Shown piece by piece: positions 1-9,452 of a DNA stretch of 64,000 nt (within the stretch, counting starts at the first letter, position 1; each line of letters begins with the position of its first letter). The notes under the pieces were generated by a model. It was given only the letters and a program-made list of their open reading frames with translations. It ran no database searches and was not told the DNA's origin. The stretch is taken from contig CALRKF020000002.1 of NCBI GenBank assembly GCA_943367825.1, positions 54,249 to 118,248 of the forward strand, in the 5' to 3' direction. Position numbers and translations under genes: made by a program. This stretch comes from Chitinophaga pinensis. Lineage in GTDB: Bacteria > Bacteroidota > Bacteroidia > Chitinophagales > Chitinophagaceae.

Positions 1-363
1 TTTATACCAGGCATCGCCTGGTTTTTTATTATCCTGGTATTGATTTGTTTGCCCGGTGAGGATTTGCCCAAAGTTGATAATTGGTTTACTCTCATTTATG
101 GTGACAAACTCATTCATATCGGCATTTTTGCCTTATTGGCTTATTTGTTCATGCAACCCCTGAGCAAAACAGCCCTCAAAGGCTATGAATTACGTAATTT
201 CTTCATTAAAATAGCAGTTTCTGTAGCCATTTGGGGGCTTGCTACCGAATTCATACAGAAGTATTTTGTGCCAGGTCGCAGTTTCGATTTACTTGATTTT
301 GCTGCTGATAGTGCTGGCGCTTTTTTGGCACTTTGGGTGTCCGCAAAGCAATTTTTAAAATAA
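1..363 (+). CDS. VanZ-family membrane protein, 5'-truncated by the window edge
   Basis: Frame is open from base 1 (FIPGIAWFFIILVLICLPG...). It has DKLIHIGIFALLAY, EFIQ..VPGRSFDLLDFAAD, typical VanZ motifs. Confidence 0.75.
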   Translation, partial: FIPGIAWFFIILVLICLPGEDLPKVDNWFTLIYGDKLIHIGIFALLAYLFMQPLSKTALKGYELRNFFIKIAVSVAIWGLATEFIQKYFVPGRSFDLLDFAADSAGAFLALWVSAKQFLK

Positions 364-366
364 CCT

Positions 367-374
367 TACATTTG
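367..374 (+). promoter_or_regulatory. Bacteroidota sigma-A -7 element TACATTTG
   Basis: Exact TAnnTTTG match 22 nt upstream of ATG 397. Confidence 0.5.
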
Positions 375-396
375 TATTATGCAGAATGTCGAAAAC

Positions 397-1140
397 ATGG
401 AGTACAATACTACCAGAAATCATTTAATCATGAAGGAATATGGTCGCCATATCCAAAAAATGGTAGAGTATTTACTTTCATTAGAAAATAAAGAGGAAAG
501 ACAAAAAAACGCTTATGCAGTTATTGAATTGATGGGCTTTTTAAATCCGCACCTTAAAAATGTGGAGGATTTCCGACACAAATTATGGGATCACCTTTTC
601 CTAATCAGCGATTTTACACTTGATGTAGAAAGTCCTTATCCCATCCCGACCAGAGAAACATTAAAAGCCAGGCCTGAACGCCTTCGTTATCCAAAAAGAT
701 ATCCTAAGTTTAATCACCTAGGTAAGAATATTGAAATTGTTATCGACAAAGCTTTGCATGAAGAAAATCCAGAGAAAAAACAAGGATTTGCCAATGCTGT
801 AGCTTATTATATGAAGCTTACTTACAGTAACTGGCACAAAGAATTAGTGCATGATGAAAATATACAGGCCGAACTGCAAAGTATTACAGATGGCGAACTG
901 GAATTCAATAACCGCCCATTTGTAAAACACCGTACCGATAACCGTCCGGAAAGAGATGATTATGGTAATAATAACAACGGAAGGAATAATTTCAGAAAGA
1001 ATTTTGGTGGACGCAACAATGGTGGGGGCAGGGACAATGCAGGTGGCAATAGGGAAAATCGCGGCGGCGGCGGCAGAGACAATCGCGGCGGCGGCAGGGA
1101 CAATAGAAACAACAACCGTAATTTCAAAAAGAGATATTAA
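397..1140 (+). CDS. DUF4290-family protein with Gly/Arg/Asn-rich low-complexity C-terminal tail
   Basis: MEYNTTRNHLIMKEYGRHIQKM and HKLWDHL motifs. Start moved from 379 to the second ATG (397) because 379 lies only 4 nt after the -7 element. Confidence 0.8.
   Translation: MEYNTTRNHLIMKEYGRHIQKMVEYLLSLENKEERQKNAYAVIELMGFLNPHLKNVEDFRHKLWDHLFLISDFTLDVESPYPIPTRETLKARPERLRYPKRYPKFNHLGKNIEIVIDKALHEENPEKKQGFANAVAYYMKLTYSNWHKELVHDENIQAELQSITDGELEFNNRPFVKHRTDNRPERDDYGNNNNGRNNFRKNFGGRNNGGGRDNAGGNRENRGGGGRDNRGGGRDNRNNNRNFKKRY
1018..1104 (+). repeat. In-frame imperfect tandem repeat encoding N(R)GGG(G)RD units
   Basis: aatcgcggcggcggcggcagagac (1057-1080) is followed by aatcgcggcggcggcagggac (1081-1101), with an earlier degenerate copy at 1018-1035. 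Confidence 0.85.
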
Positions 1141-1161
1141 TCTGATTGTTATTCATAAAAG

Positions 1162-1196
1162 AAAAAGGTTGAAAATTGTTTCAACCTTTTTTGTTT
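1162..1196 (+). terminator. Intrinsic terminator after the DUF4290 gene
   Basis: aaaaaggttgaaa-attg-tttcaaccttttt hairpin followed by a T tract. Confidence 0.8.
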
Positions 1197-1236
1197 TTAC
1201 CTTGCAAGCACTTTACAAATCATTAAATTCAACTAC

Positions 1237-2538
1237 ATGGGCTCTTTTGAAGTAAGAGGAGGCAATATTTTATCAGGCAATATCAGCCCGCAAGGTGCCA
1301 AAAATGAAGCACTGCAAATCATTTCAGCAGTTTTGTTGAGTGCCGAAAAAATAACCATTCACAATATTCCGGATATTATTGATGTCAACTTACTGATTGA
1401 ATTATTGTCGGAAATGAATGTAAAAATTGTACGCATCGATCGCAATACCTGCAGTTTTCAGGCCGATGATGTTGCAGTAGACTACCTGCAGAGCGAAGCC
1501 TACCATAAAAAAAGTGGTCGTCTACGCGGCTCCGTTATGTTGGCAGGTCCGTTGTTATCCAGGTTTAAAAAAGCATTTATTCCCAAACCTGGCGGAGATA
1601 AAATAGGCAGAAGAAGATTGGATACCCATATTATTGGCTTTGAAAAATTGGGTGCTCGGTATGCTTATAGTGAGGACGGTTTTTTTCATTTGACAGCAGA
1701 TGAACTCAAGGGCACCAATATATTGCTCGATGAGCCCAGTGTAACCGGCACTGCCAATATTATAATGGCGGCGGTATTGGCAAATGGCACCACCAGCATT
1801 TACAATGCAGCCTGCGAACCCTATATACAGCAACTCTGTCGAATGCTTATCCGAATGGGTGCCAATATCAAAGGAATTGGTAGTAACCTGCTTATTATTG
1901 AGGGGGTAGCATCCCTTAGAGGCACAGAACATACCATTTTGCCCGATATGATTGAAGTGGGTAGTTTTATTGGATTGGCTGCAATGACCCAAAGTGCCAT
2001 TACCATCAAAAATGCAGGCATCGAACACCTTGGAATCATTCCCGATAAATTTAAATTATTAGGTATTGAAATGGAGTTCAGAGGGGATGATATTTTCGTT
2101 CCTGCACAAGATCATTATGAAATCCAGAAATATATGGATGGAGGTGTTCTTACCATTTATGATCACCCTTGGCCAGGGTTTACCCCTGATTTATTAAGTA
2201 TTATTTTGGTTACAGCTATACAAGCGCATGGCAGTGTGCTCATTCATCAGAAAATGTTTGAAAGTCGTCTATTCTTTACCGATAAGCTCATTGAGATGGG
2301 TGCTCAAATTATTCTCTGCGATCCGCATAGGGCGGTGGTAATCGGACTGGAAAGAGCACAGCACTTAAGGGGCATAACAATGAGTAGTCCGGATATACGG
2401 GCAGGAGTAGCCCTGCTGATTGCAGCATTGAGTGCAAAAGGAAAGAGTACCATTCAAAATATCGAACAAATAGACCGTGGTTATCAGAATATAGATGGTA
2501 GACTGCGTGCTTTGGGTGCCGATATTATAAGAATATAA
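1237..2538 (+). CDS. murA: UDP-N-acetylglucosamine 1-carboxyvinyltransferase
   Basis: GAKNEAL, LRGSVML, PGGDKIGRRRLDTH, PSVTGT, PGFTPD, DIRAG and IDRGY motifs. Confidence 0.97.
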   Translation: MGSFEVRGGNILSGNISPQGAKNEALQIISAVLLSAEKITIHNIPDIIDVNLLIELLSEMNVKIVRIDRNTCSFQADDVAVDYLQSEAYHKKSGRLRGSVMLAGPLLSRFKKAFIPKPGGDKIGRRRLDTHIIGFEKLGARYAYSEDGFFHLTADELKGTNILLDEPSVTGTANIIMAAVLANGTTSIYNAACEPYIQQLCRMLIRMGANIKGIGSNLLIIEGVASLRGTEHTILPDMIEVGSFIGLAAMTQSAITIKNAGIEHLGIIPDKFKLLGIEMEFRGDDIFVPAQDHYEIQKYMDGGVLTIYDHPWPGFTPDLLSIILVTAIQAHGSVLIHQKMFESRLFFTDKLIEMGAQIILCDPHRAVVIGLERAQHLRGITMSSPDIRAGVALLIAALSAKGKSTIQNIEQIDRGYQNIDGRLRALGADIIRI

Positions 2539-2584
2539 TTGCTGTCACTGCTTCCATTTTCGTTTTTTCTTTCTTTCTTTGCAA

Positions 2585-3157
2585 ATGGCTTTTCCGCATA
2601 AACTCATTATTATTACGGCTCCCTCAGGAGCGGGTAAAACCAGCATCACGCAGCACTTGATGCAACATTTTCCGCAATTGGCATTTTCCGTATCCGCCGC
2701 TACCCGCCCTGCTAGAGGAAAAGAAGTAGACGGGGTAGACTATCATTTTATTTCAGAAGCAGCTTTCAAACAAAAAATTCAGGAAGAAGCTTTTATCGAA
2801 TGGGAAATGGTATATGAAGGAAAATATTATGGTACTTTAAAAACGGAGTTGGAGCGTATTTGGCTTCAAAACAAAATTCCTGTTTTAGACATTGATGTAA
2901 AAGGAGCCATTCATGTACAACAACAATTTCCAACTACCAGCCTATCACTTTTTATACAACCCCCCTCCGTAGAGGAACTTAAAAAAAGATTGCTGGGCCG
3001 AGGCACCGAATCAGAAGCCTCGTTGCAAGCTCGGCTCAATAAAGCCACTTATGAACTTTCCTTCAAGCACCATTTCAATGAAATCATCATCAATGATCAA
3101 TTGGAAAAAGCATGTAGAGAAGCTGAAAAAATAGTTGGGCGGTTTATATTAGAATAA
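2585..3157 (+). CDS. gmk: Guanylate kinase
   Basis: P-loop APSGAGKT, SAATRPARGKEVDGVDYHF, YYGT and LDIDVKGA. ATG 2585 preferred over TTG 2579. Confidence 0.96.
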   Translation: MAFPHKLIIITAPSGAGKTSITQHLMQHFPQLAFSVSAATRPARGKEVDGVDYHFISEAAFKQKIQEEAFIEWEMVYEGKYYGTLKTELERIWLQNKIPVLDIDVKGAIHVQQQFPTTSLSLFIQPPSVEELKKRLLGRGTESEASLQARLNKATYELSFKHHFNEIIINDQLEKACREAEKIVGRFILE

Positions 3158-3208
3158 GAACAGATCGAAGTAAAATAGCATTAATAAAATCTTTCTTACT
3201 TTTATAGC

Positions 3209-4480
3209 ATGGACTGGATGGCGCTTTTAGCAATTATTACCTCCCTATTATTGATTGGTTTTTTTGCAGGTATCGAACTGGCATTTGTATCGGCCAATAA
3301 ATTATCTATAGAACTCAATAGAAAACAGGGGACTTATGCAGGTAAAACCTGGGGAAGCTTTGCGGATAACCCTGCACGATTTATAGGCACCACATTGATT
3401 GGCTTCAATGTAATACTGGTAGTGTATGGATTACTTTGGAGTAGTTTTATGGAAGGCATATGGTATAATAAATTCTGGCGAATCGACAACCCCTACTTAC
3501 ACCTGATTATCGAAACCCTTGCTTCTACTTTTATCTTATTGGTTTTTGAATTTATTTTTAAGGCTTTTTTTAAAGCCCGAAACAATGCCATCCTCAGTAA
3601 TGGCTTCCTTACTTATATTGTAGCATTCTTCTTTTATATTTTTTCTAGCATTGCTGCACTCTTTGTAAGTATTGCTGAATGGATTTTAAAATATTTCTTT
3701 AATGTAAACCTCACCGAAAGAAAAGAAGTCTTTTCAAAAGTCGACCTCGAACATTACCTGATGCAAAACAAAAACAACGGGGAAGAAGAAGAAAATAAAG
3801 AAATTAATAAAGAACTTTTTGAAAATGCACTTTCTTTAAGTGAAATAAAACTCAGGGAATGCCTGGTTCCAAGAAGAGAAATTGAATCCATCAATATAGA
3901 CACGCCTGTAGAAGAAGTGCGGCAGAAATTCATTCATACACAATTGAGCAAACTCGTAGTTTATGAAAATAATATTGATTCCATTGTAGGCTATATACAC
4001 CAACTCGATCTATTTAAAAACCCTTCTAGCATCAAGGAAGTTTTGTTGCCTATACCGACCGTGCCGGAAAGTATGAGTGCAACCGACCTAATGAATAAAT
4101 TCAGTAAGGAAAGAAAAAGCATTGCTTGGGTAATAGATGAATTTGGTGGCACTGCAGGCATTGTTACTATGGAGGATATCTTGGAAGAAATATTCGGTGA
4201 TATCAAAGACGAATACGATACCGAAGAGTTTGTAGAGAAACAATTAGCCAGCAACGAATTCATCTTCAGTGGCCGTATAGAATTAGATTATATCACAGAG
4301 AAATTTAAATTGTATTTCCCAGGAGAAGAAAATGCTGAAACCTTAAGCGGTTATATTATTGAAAACAATGGGGAAATACCCAAAGAAAAACAAAGCATCA
4401 TCATTGGCAATTACGAATTTGTAGTGTTGCATGTAAGCGATACCAGGATAGAAACTGTCAAGATTAAAATCCTTAAATAA
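3209..4480 (+). CDS. Hemolysin/CNNM-CorC family protein (DUF21 + CBS pair + CorC_HlyC)
   Basis: GFFAGIELAFVS N-terminal TM domain, IDEFGGTAGIVTMEDILEEIFGDIKDEYD and ETLSGYI. Confidence 0.92.
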   Translation: MDWMALLAIITSLLLIGFFAGIELAFVSANKLSIELNRKQGTYAGKTWGSFADNPARFIGTTLIGFNVILVVYGLLWSSFMEGIWYNKFWRIDNPYLHLIIETLASTFILLVFEFIFKAFFKARNNAILSNGFLTYIVAFFFYIFSSIAALFVSIAEWILKYFFNVNLTERKEVFSKVDLEHYLMQNKNNGEEEENKEINKELFENALSLSEIKLRECLVPRREIESINIDTPVEEVRQKFIHTQLSKLVVYENNIDSIVGYIHQLDLFKNPSSIKEVLLPIPTVPESMSATDLMNKFSKERKSIAWVIDEFGGTAGIVTMEDILEEIFGDIKDEYDTEEFVEKQLASNEFIFSGRIELDYITEKFKLYFPGEENAETLSGYIIENNGEIPKEKQSIIIGNYEFVVLHVSDTRIETVKIKILK

Positions 4481-4523
4481 TTGTAGACAGTAGCCTACAG
4501 ATTTTCGTCTTAATTATTGATTT

Positions 4524-5657
4524 ATGATTATTGCCGTTAACACCCGTTTTTTATTAAATGATTATTTAGAAGGATATGGCAATTTCATATTAGAAACTTG
4601 TAGCCAACTGGCCAATAATCATCCTGAACATCAATTCATTTATATTTTTGATAGACCATTTGACCCCCAATTTATTACTGCTAAAAATATTACTCCTGTT
4701 GTAATCGGCCCGGCTGCCCGTCACCCATTGCTTTGGCAGTATTGGTACAATTACAAATTGCCGGCAGTATTAAGAAAATATAAAGCAACTGTTTTATTAA
4801 GTCCTGACGGATTTTGTTCATTGCGTACCCGCATTCCTCAATGCCTGGTAGTACATGACCTTGCATTTTTACATTACCCCGGCTTTATTAAGAAAAGTCA
4901 TCTTCGCTACTATAAAAAAAATACTCCTTTATTTGCTAATAAAGCAGCGAGCATCGCAACTGTATCTGAATTTTCAAAAAATGACTTGGTTAAACAATAT
5001 GCAATTCCTGCTTCCAAAATAACAGTAGTATATAATGGCGTAGCATCATTATTTCAACCATTGAATTGGACTGAAAAAGAAAATATCAAAACAAGATTTA
5101 CAGAAGGCAAAGAATATTTTATATATGTAGGGGCTATCCATCCTAGAAAAAACCTAATGAACTTGCTCAAAGCTTTTTCACTATTTAAGAAAAGGCAAAA
5201 AAGCAATATGCAATTATTAATTGCAGGGAGACTGGCTTGGGATTATGAAAGTTTTACTGAAAGTTTGAAAACCTATAAGTACCGCCAGGATGTACATTTA
5301 TTAGGTTATTTGCCTCAAGATCAATTGGCAAGCCTGATAGCTGCTGCCTATGCCCTGGTATACCCAAGTTATTTTGAAGGATTTGGAGCACCAATTGTAG
5401 AAGCCATGCAATCGGGCGTACCAGTGATTACAAGCAATACTAGTAGCATGCCAGAAATAGCAGGAACAGCGGCTTTATTGGCAGACCCGCAATCAATTTC
5501 GGATATTGCTGAGCAAATGATGAGGATCTTCAAGGACGAAACCCATAGAAATGAACTCATAGAAGCAGGCTTAGAACAAGCTAAAAAATTCAGTTGGAAG
5601 AAAACTGCTGATTTGCTATGGAAGTCAATTTTACAAGCCGTTGAAACCAAAAAATAA
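4524..5657 (+). CDS. Glycosyltransferase family 4 (GT-B)
   Basis: VGAIHPRKN, YPSYFEGFGAPIVEAMQSG and FSW motifs. Confidence 0.92.
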   Translation: MIIAVNTRFLLNDYLEGYGNFILETCSQLANNHPEHQFIYIFDRPFDPQFITAKNITPVVIGPAARHPLLWQYWYNYKLPAVLRKYKATVLLSPDGFCSLRTRIPQCLVVHDLAFLHYPGFIKKSHLRYYKKNTPLFANKAASIATVSEFSKNDLVKQYAIPASKITVVYNGVASLFQPLNWTEKENIKTRFTEGKEYFIYVGAIHPRKNLMNLLKAFSLFKKRQKSNMQLLIAGRLAWDYESFTESLKTYKYRQDVHLLGYLPQDQLASLIAAAYALVYPSYFEGFGAPIVEAMQSGVPVITSNTSSMPEIAGTAALLADPQSISDIAEQMMRIFKDETHRNELIEAGLEQAKKFSWKKTADLLWKSILQAVETKK

Positions 5658-5751
5658 AGTAATATTCAAGCTCCCATTCTATAAAAATACGGCCGCTAAA
5701 AATCAAATTGAGTAACTTTACCCATCATTTAAAAAAAGACTTTTTACGTAT

Positions 5752-6099
5752 ATGAACAAATCAACCATCACCATTGATGTATTACTGGATGCCAATAAAA
5801 TTCCTGAAAAAATAAGCTGGAAAGCCAGTGATAAAAATGCTGATATGGCACATATTGCCAAGGCCATGTCGGTTGCATTTTGGGATGGTACCGATAAAAC
5901 TGCACTTAGTATTGACTTATGGAGTAAGGACATGATGGTAGACGAAATGGCTGATTTTTATTACCAGATGTTGATGACCATGGCCGATACCTTTCATCGC
6001 GCTACCCAATACCAGGACATGAGTGATGATATGAAAAAATTTGCCAAGGCCTTTTTTGAAAAATTCAGGGAAAAGCAAATCCAGGAACAATCGAAATAA
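5752..6099 (+). CDS. gldC: Gliding motility protein GldC
   Basis: LDANKIPEKISWKASD and IDLWSKDMMVDEM match GldC; 115 aa. Confidence 0.85.
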   Translation: MNKSTITIDVLLDANKIPEKISWKASDKNADMAHIAKAMSVAFWDGTDKTALSIDLWSKDMMVDEMADFYYQMLMTMADTFHRATQYQDMSDDMKKFAKAFFEKFREKQIQEQSK

Positions 6100-6123
6100 A
6101 TATAAAAATTAAAATAAATTGAT

Positions 6124-6576
6124 ATGGGATTAGAACAACAGATCATGGAGGAAATGAAAACAGCCATGAAAACAAAAAACGAAGCAGTACTCAGAAGTTT
6201 GCGTGCTATTAAAGCAGAGATTATCAAAGCTAAAACCGACCCTGGAGCAGGTGGTGTAATTGATGAAAGCACTGAACAAAAATTTCTTCAAAAAATGATG
6301 AAGCAGCGTAAGGATTCCTTTGAAATTTATCAACAACAAGGAAGGACTGATTTGGCTACCAAAGAAAAAGAAGAAATGGAAGTGATTGAAAGATTCTTGC
6401 CCAAACAGCTAAGTGAAGAAGCTATCAGAGAAGCTGTATCTAAAATCATCACTGCAACCGGCGCTGCAAGCCCTGCGGACATGGGTAAAGTAATGGGGGT
6501 TGCTAGTAAAGAACTAGCAGGCCAGGCCGATGGAAAAACCATTAGTGCTTTTGTAAAAGAATTGCTGGCTAAATAA
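6124..6576 (+). CDS. GatB/YqeY domain protein
   Basis: MKTAMK..LRSLRAIK, KQRKDS, FLPKQLS and ADMGKVMG..GQADGK motifs. Confidence 0.93.
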   Translation: MGLEQQIMEEMKTAMKTKNEAVLRSLRAIKAEIIKAKTDPGAGGVIDESTEQKFLQKMMKQRKDSFEIYQQQGRTDLATKEKEEMEVIERFLPKQLSEEAIREAVSKIITATGAASPADMGKVMGVASKELAGQADGKTISAFVKELLAK

Positions 6577-6631
6577 TTCATTGAATGCTATGATTGTTTA
6601 AAACCTATACTTCAAATACAAAAATTATATT

Positions 6632-7159
6632 ATGCTCATTGATGCCTGTTTTTTTGTATTACTTGTTTTAGCAATCATTAAAGGATATAACAAGGGTCTT
6701 ATCGTGGCCCTTTTTTCCATTATCGCCTTTATTATTGGGCTGGCTGCGGCCCTTAAATTATCCATCTTGGTAGCAGGATGGTTATCGGGCAATAGCAGTA
6801 TTAATACCAAATGGATTCCCTTTATTTCCTTTGCTATTGTTTTTGTGGTAATAGTAATATTAATCAATTGGGCAGGTCGGCTCATCCAAAAAACAGTAGA
6901 AACCTTATTGCTTGGCTGGGCCAATCGCATAGGAGGAATACTACTTTATATAGCACTCTACACTATCATTTTCAGTATTGTATTATTTTATGCGACACAA
7001 CTGCATTTCTTGGATAACAGTACCATTCAGGCATCTCTGAGCTATCCCTTTATACGACCATGGGGACCCGCAATTATGGATGGAATAGGTAGTGTTATTC
7101 CTTTCTTCAAGGATATGTTCGGAGAATTGGAATCCTTTTTTGGAGAACTGGCAAAATAA
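6632..7159 (+). CDS. CvpA (colicin V production) family membrane protein
   Basis: Four hydrophobic segments, IKGYNKGLI and LGWANRIGG. Confidence 0.88.
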   Translation: MLIDACFFVLLVLAIIKGYNKGLIVALFSIIAFIIGLAAALKLSILVAGWLSGNSSINTKWIPFISFAIVFVVIVILINWAGRLIQKTVETLLLGWANRIGGILLYIALYTIIFSIVLFYATQLHFLDNSTIQASLSYPFIRPWGPAIMDGIGSVIPFFKDMFGELESFFGELAK

Positions 7160-7204
7160 ATTCCCTTTATTTTTTTAATTTTTTCCTCTTTTGTTGTGAT
7201 TTTA

Positions 7205-7212
7205 TATATTTG
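7205..7212 (+). promoter_or_regulatory. -7 element TATATTTG
   Basis: Exact TAnnTTTG match 39 nt upstream of ATG 7252. Confidence 0.55.
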
Positions 7213-7251
7213 CAATAGTCTACCAATTCAATAGACTATTAAAAGATAATC

Positions 7252-8469
7252 ATGCAACATCCGGTCTACCTTGCTTTTGCCATACCTTTTTTTCTGTTCT
7301 TTATTGGACTTGAGTATTGGTATACGCGAAAAAAAGGAAGAAAGCTATTCCATTTCGCAGAATCGATTGCCAATTTGAATATTGGCATTGCCGAAAGGCT
7401 TACTGACCTGTTTACCATGGTGCCCTTTTATTATTTTTTTGATTTCCTACACCGCCACTATGCATTATTTAATTTTCACCCCGGGGTGCTTTCATGGATA
7501 AGTCTATTTTTATTAACCGATTTCGTATGGTATTGGTATCACAGAATGGGCCACAAAGTCAATTTGTTCTGGGCTGCACATGTGGTACATCACCAAAGTG
7601 AGGACTTCAATTATACCACTTCTGCTCGAATTACAGTCTTTCAATCGATTGCCCGTTGCCTATTCTGGTCAGTTTTACCGCTAGCCGGTTTTCCTGCCGA
7701 AATGATAGCATTGTTTTTATTGATTCATGGTGCCTATCCATTTTTTACACACACACAAAGTATCGGTAAACTGGGTTGGGCTGAAAAAATATTTGTAACC
7801 CCTACCCACCACGGTGTTCATCATTCTTCCAATCCTGAATATCTAGATAAGAATTATGGAGATATTTTGATTGTTTGGGACAAAATTTTTGGAACTTTTG
7901 CAGAAGAAACTGTGAAGCCAGTTTATGGCCTTACTAAACCGCTAAACAGCCATAGTTTTCTGTGGCAACATTTTCATTACCCACTAGAATTGTTCTTTGC
8001 CATTAGAAGAGAAAAAAGCCTGAAACAAAAGATTAAACTATTGTTTGGCACCCCCGACACACTAGACCCAAGGATTCGTACAGTATTAGAAAAAAAATTA
8101 ATTTCAAGATCAACTCCTGAAGAAACTAATGCAAGGCTCAAAAATTATGTAGGCATTCAAACAGGATTCTCCTTGTTATTGATCTTCTATCTGGCATTGA
8201 GTTTTAGCTCATTAAATCCATTAACAGTGAGCTTTATTTCAATTTTCCTACTACTCAGTCTTATCAATACAGGTGCAATTTTGGAAAAAAAGTCATGGGT
8301 ATTTTACCTAGAGTTCTTAAGATTATTAATCCCACTTATATGGATAGCTATTTACTACCCTCACGTGGCTACTTTCTGCAGCCTGGTTCTGGTAATACTG
8401 TTACTGGCTATATTTTTCCGGACAATTGAAAAAAACTATTGGAAATTGCTATATCCTGCAACAACCTGA
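7252..8469 (+). CDS. Sterol desaturase / fatty-acid hydroxylase family, alkylglycerol-monooxygenase-like
   Basis: His boxes WYHRMGH, HVVHHQSE, FTH and HHGVHH, plus NYG..LIVWDKIFGTF and extra C-terminal TM helices. Confidence 0.88.
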   Translation: MQHPVYLAFAIPFFLFFIGLEYWYTRKKGRKLFHFAESIANLNIGIAERLTDLFTMVPFYYFFDFLHRHYALFNFHPGVLSWISLFLLTDFVWYWYHRMGHKVNLFWAAHVVHHQSEDFNYTTSARITVFQSIARCLFWSVLPLAGFPAEMIALFLLIHGAYPFFTHTQSIGKLGWAEKIFVTPTHHGVHHSSNPEYLDKNYGDILIVWDKIFGTFAEETVKPVYGLTKPLNSHSFLWQHFHYPLELFFAIRREKSLKQKIKLLFGTPDTLDPRIRTVLEKKLISRSTPEETNARLKNYVGIQTGFSLLLIFYLALSFSSLNPLTVSFISIFLLLSLINTGAILEKKSWVFYLEFLRLLIPLIWIAIYYPHVATFCSLVLVILLLAIFFRTIEKNYWKLLYPATT

Positions 8470-8594
8470 AATCCCTGCCAATCCCTTGCCCCAAACCTTG
8501 TATCTTTACAAGGTAAGTTTATGGGTAAACTTTATTAATTGGCGCAAATAAATTATTTTAGCAGCTGAAATCGGTGCTATACCATTACTATCAA

Positions 8595-9371
8595 ATGAGT
8601 TACGAAATACAACAAGACGGGAAATACAAATTTATTGAAGTAGGACAGGGAGAACCCCTGATGCTATTACATGGCCTATTTGGTGCCATCAGCAATTTTG
8701 ATGCAGTGATTACGCATTTTAGTAAAAACTATAAAGTTATTGTTCCCATTCTTCCTTTACTAGATCTTGATCTTTTACATACTTCCGTTGGTGGACTTCA
8801 AAAATTTCTATTGCGTTTCATTGAACATCGAAACCTGAACAATATTCATTTAATGGGCAATTCACTGGGAGGACATGTAGCACTAGTACATATTTTAAAG
8901 CACCCAGAAAGAATCAAATCCCTGATTTTAGCAGGCAGTAGTGGCCTTTATGAAAATGGCATGGGCGACAGCTATCCCAAACGTGGTGATAAAGAATATA
9001 TCAGAAAGAAAACAAGTCTTACTTTTTACGACCCGGCTATAGCAACAGAAGAATTGGTCAATGAAGTATTTGAAATCACCAATAACAGATTGAAAGTCAT
9101 CAAAATTATTGCACTGGCAAAAAGCGCTATTCGTAATAATCTAGGTGAAGAACTTAGAAAAGTACAGCAACCTACCTGTTTAATCTGGGGCACCAACGAT
9201 ACCATCACACCTCCATTTGTAGGAAAAGAATTCAATCGGCTGATTCCGAATAGTGAATTACATTTTATCGAAAAATGTGGTCATGCTCCAATGCTGGAAG
9301 TGCCAGAAACATTCAATGCTATTCTGGAAGGCTTTTTACAAAAATTAAAAACACCTGCTGCAACAGTTTGA
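8595..9371 (+). CDS. Alpha/beta hydrolase
   Basis: LLHGLFG, nucleophile elbow GNSLGG, WGTND and CGHAP. Start ATG 8595 (MSYEIQQDG) preferred over GTG 8574. Confidence 0.92.
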   Translation: MSYEIQQDGKYKFIEVGQGEPLMLLHGLFGAISNFDAVITHFSKNYKVIVPILPLLDLDLLHTSVGGLQKFLLRFIEHRNLNNIHLMGNSLGGHVALVHILKHPERIKSLILAGSSGLYENGMGDSYPKRGDKEYIRKKTSLTFYDPAIATEELVNEVFEITNNRLKVIKIIALAKSAIRNNLGEELRKVQQPTCLIWGTNDTITPPFVGKEFNRLIPNSELHFIEKCGHAPMLEVPETFNAILEGFLQKLKTPAATV

Positions 9372-9452
9372 TAAATTTTTTTGTCCTGATACTTAATACC
9401 CAATTTGCCCGTTATCAGTTGAAACATTGAACAATTAAAGTATTCAGCAGAA

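Noticed and set aside
956-1255. 99-aa plus-strand ORF overlapping the DUF4290 tail and the murA start
   Set aside because: Alternate frame of the GC-rich repeat; it runs through a terminator and has no motif support.
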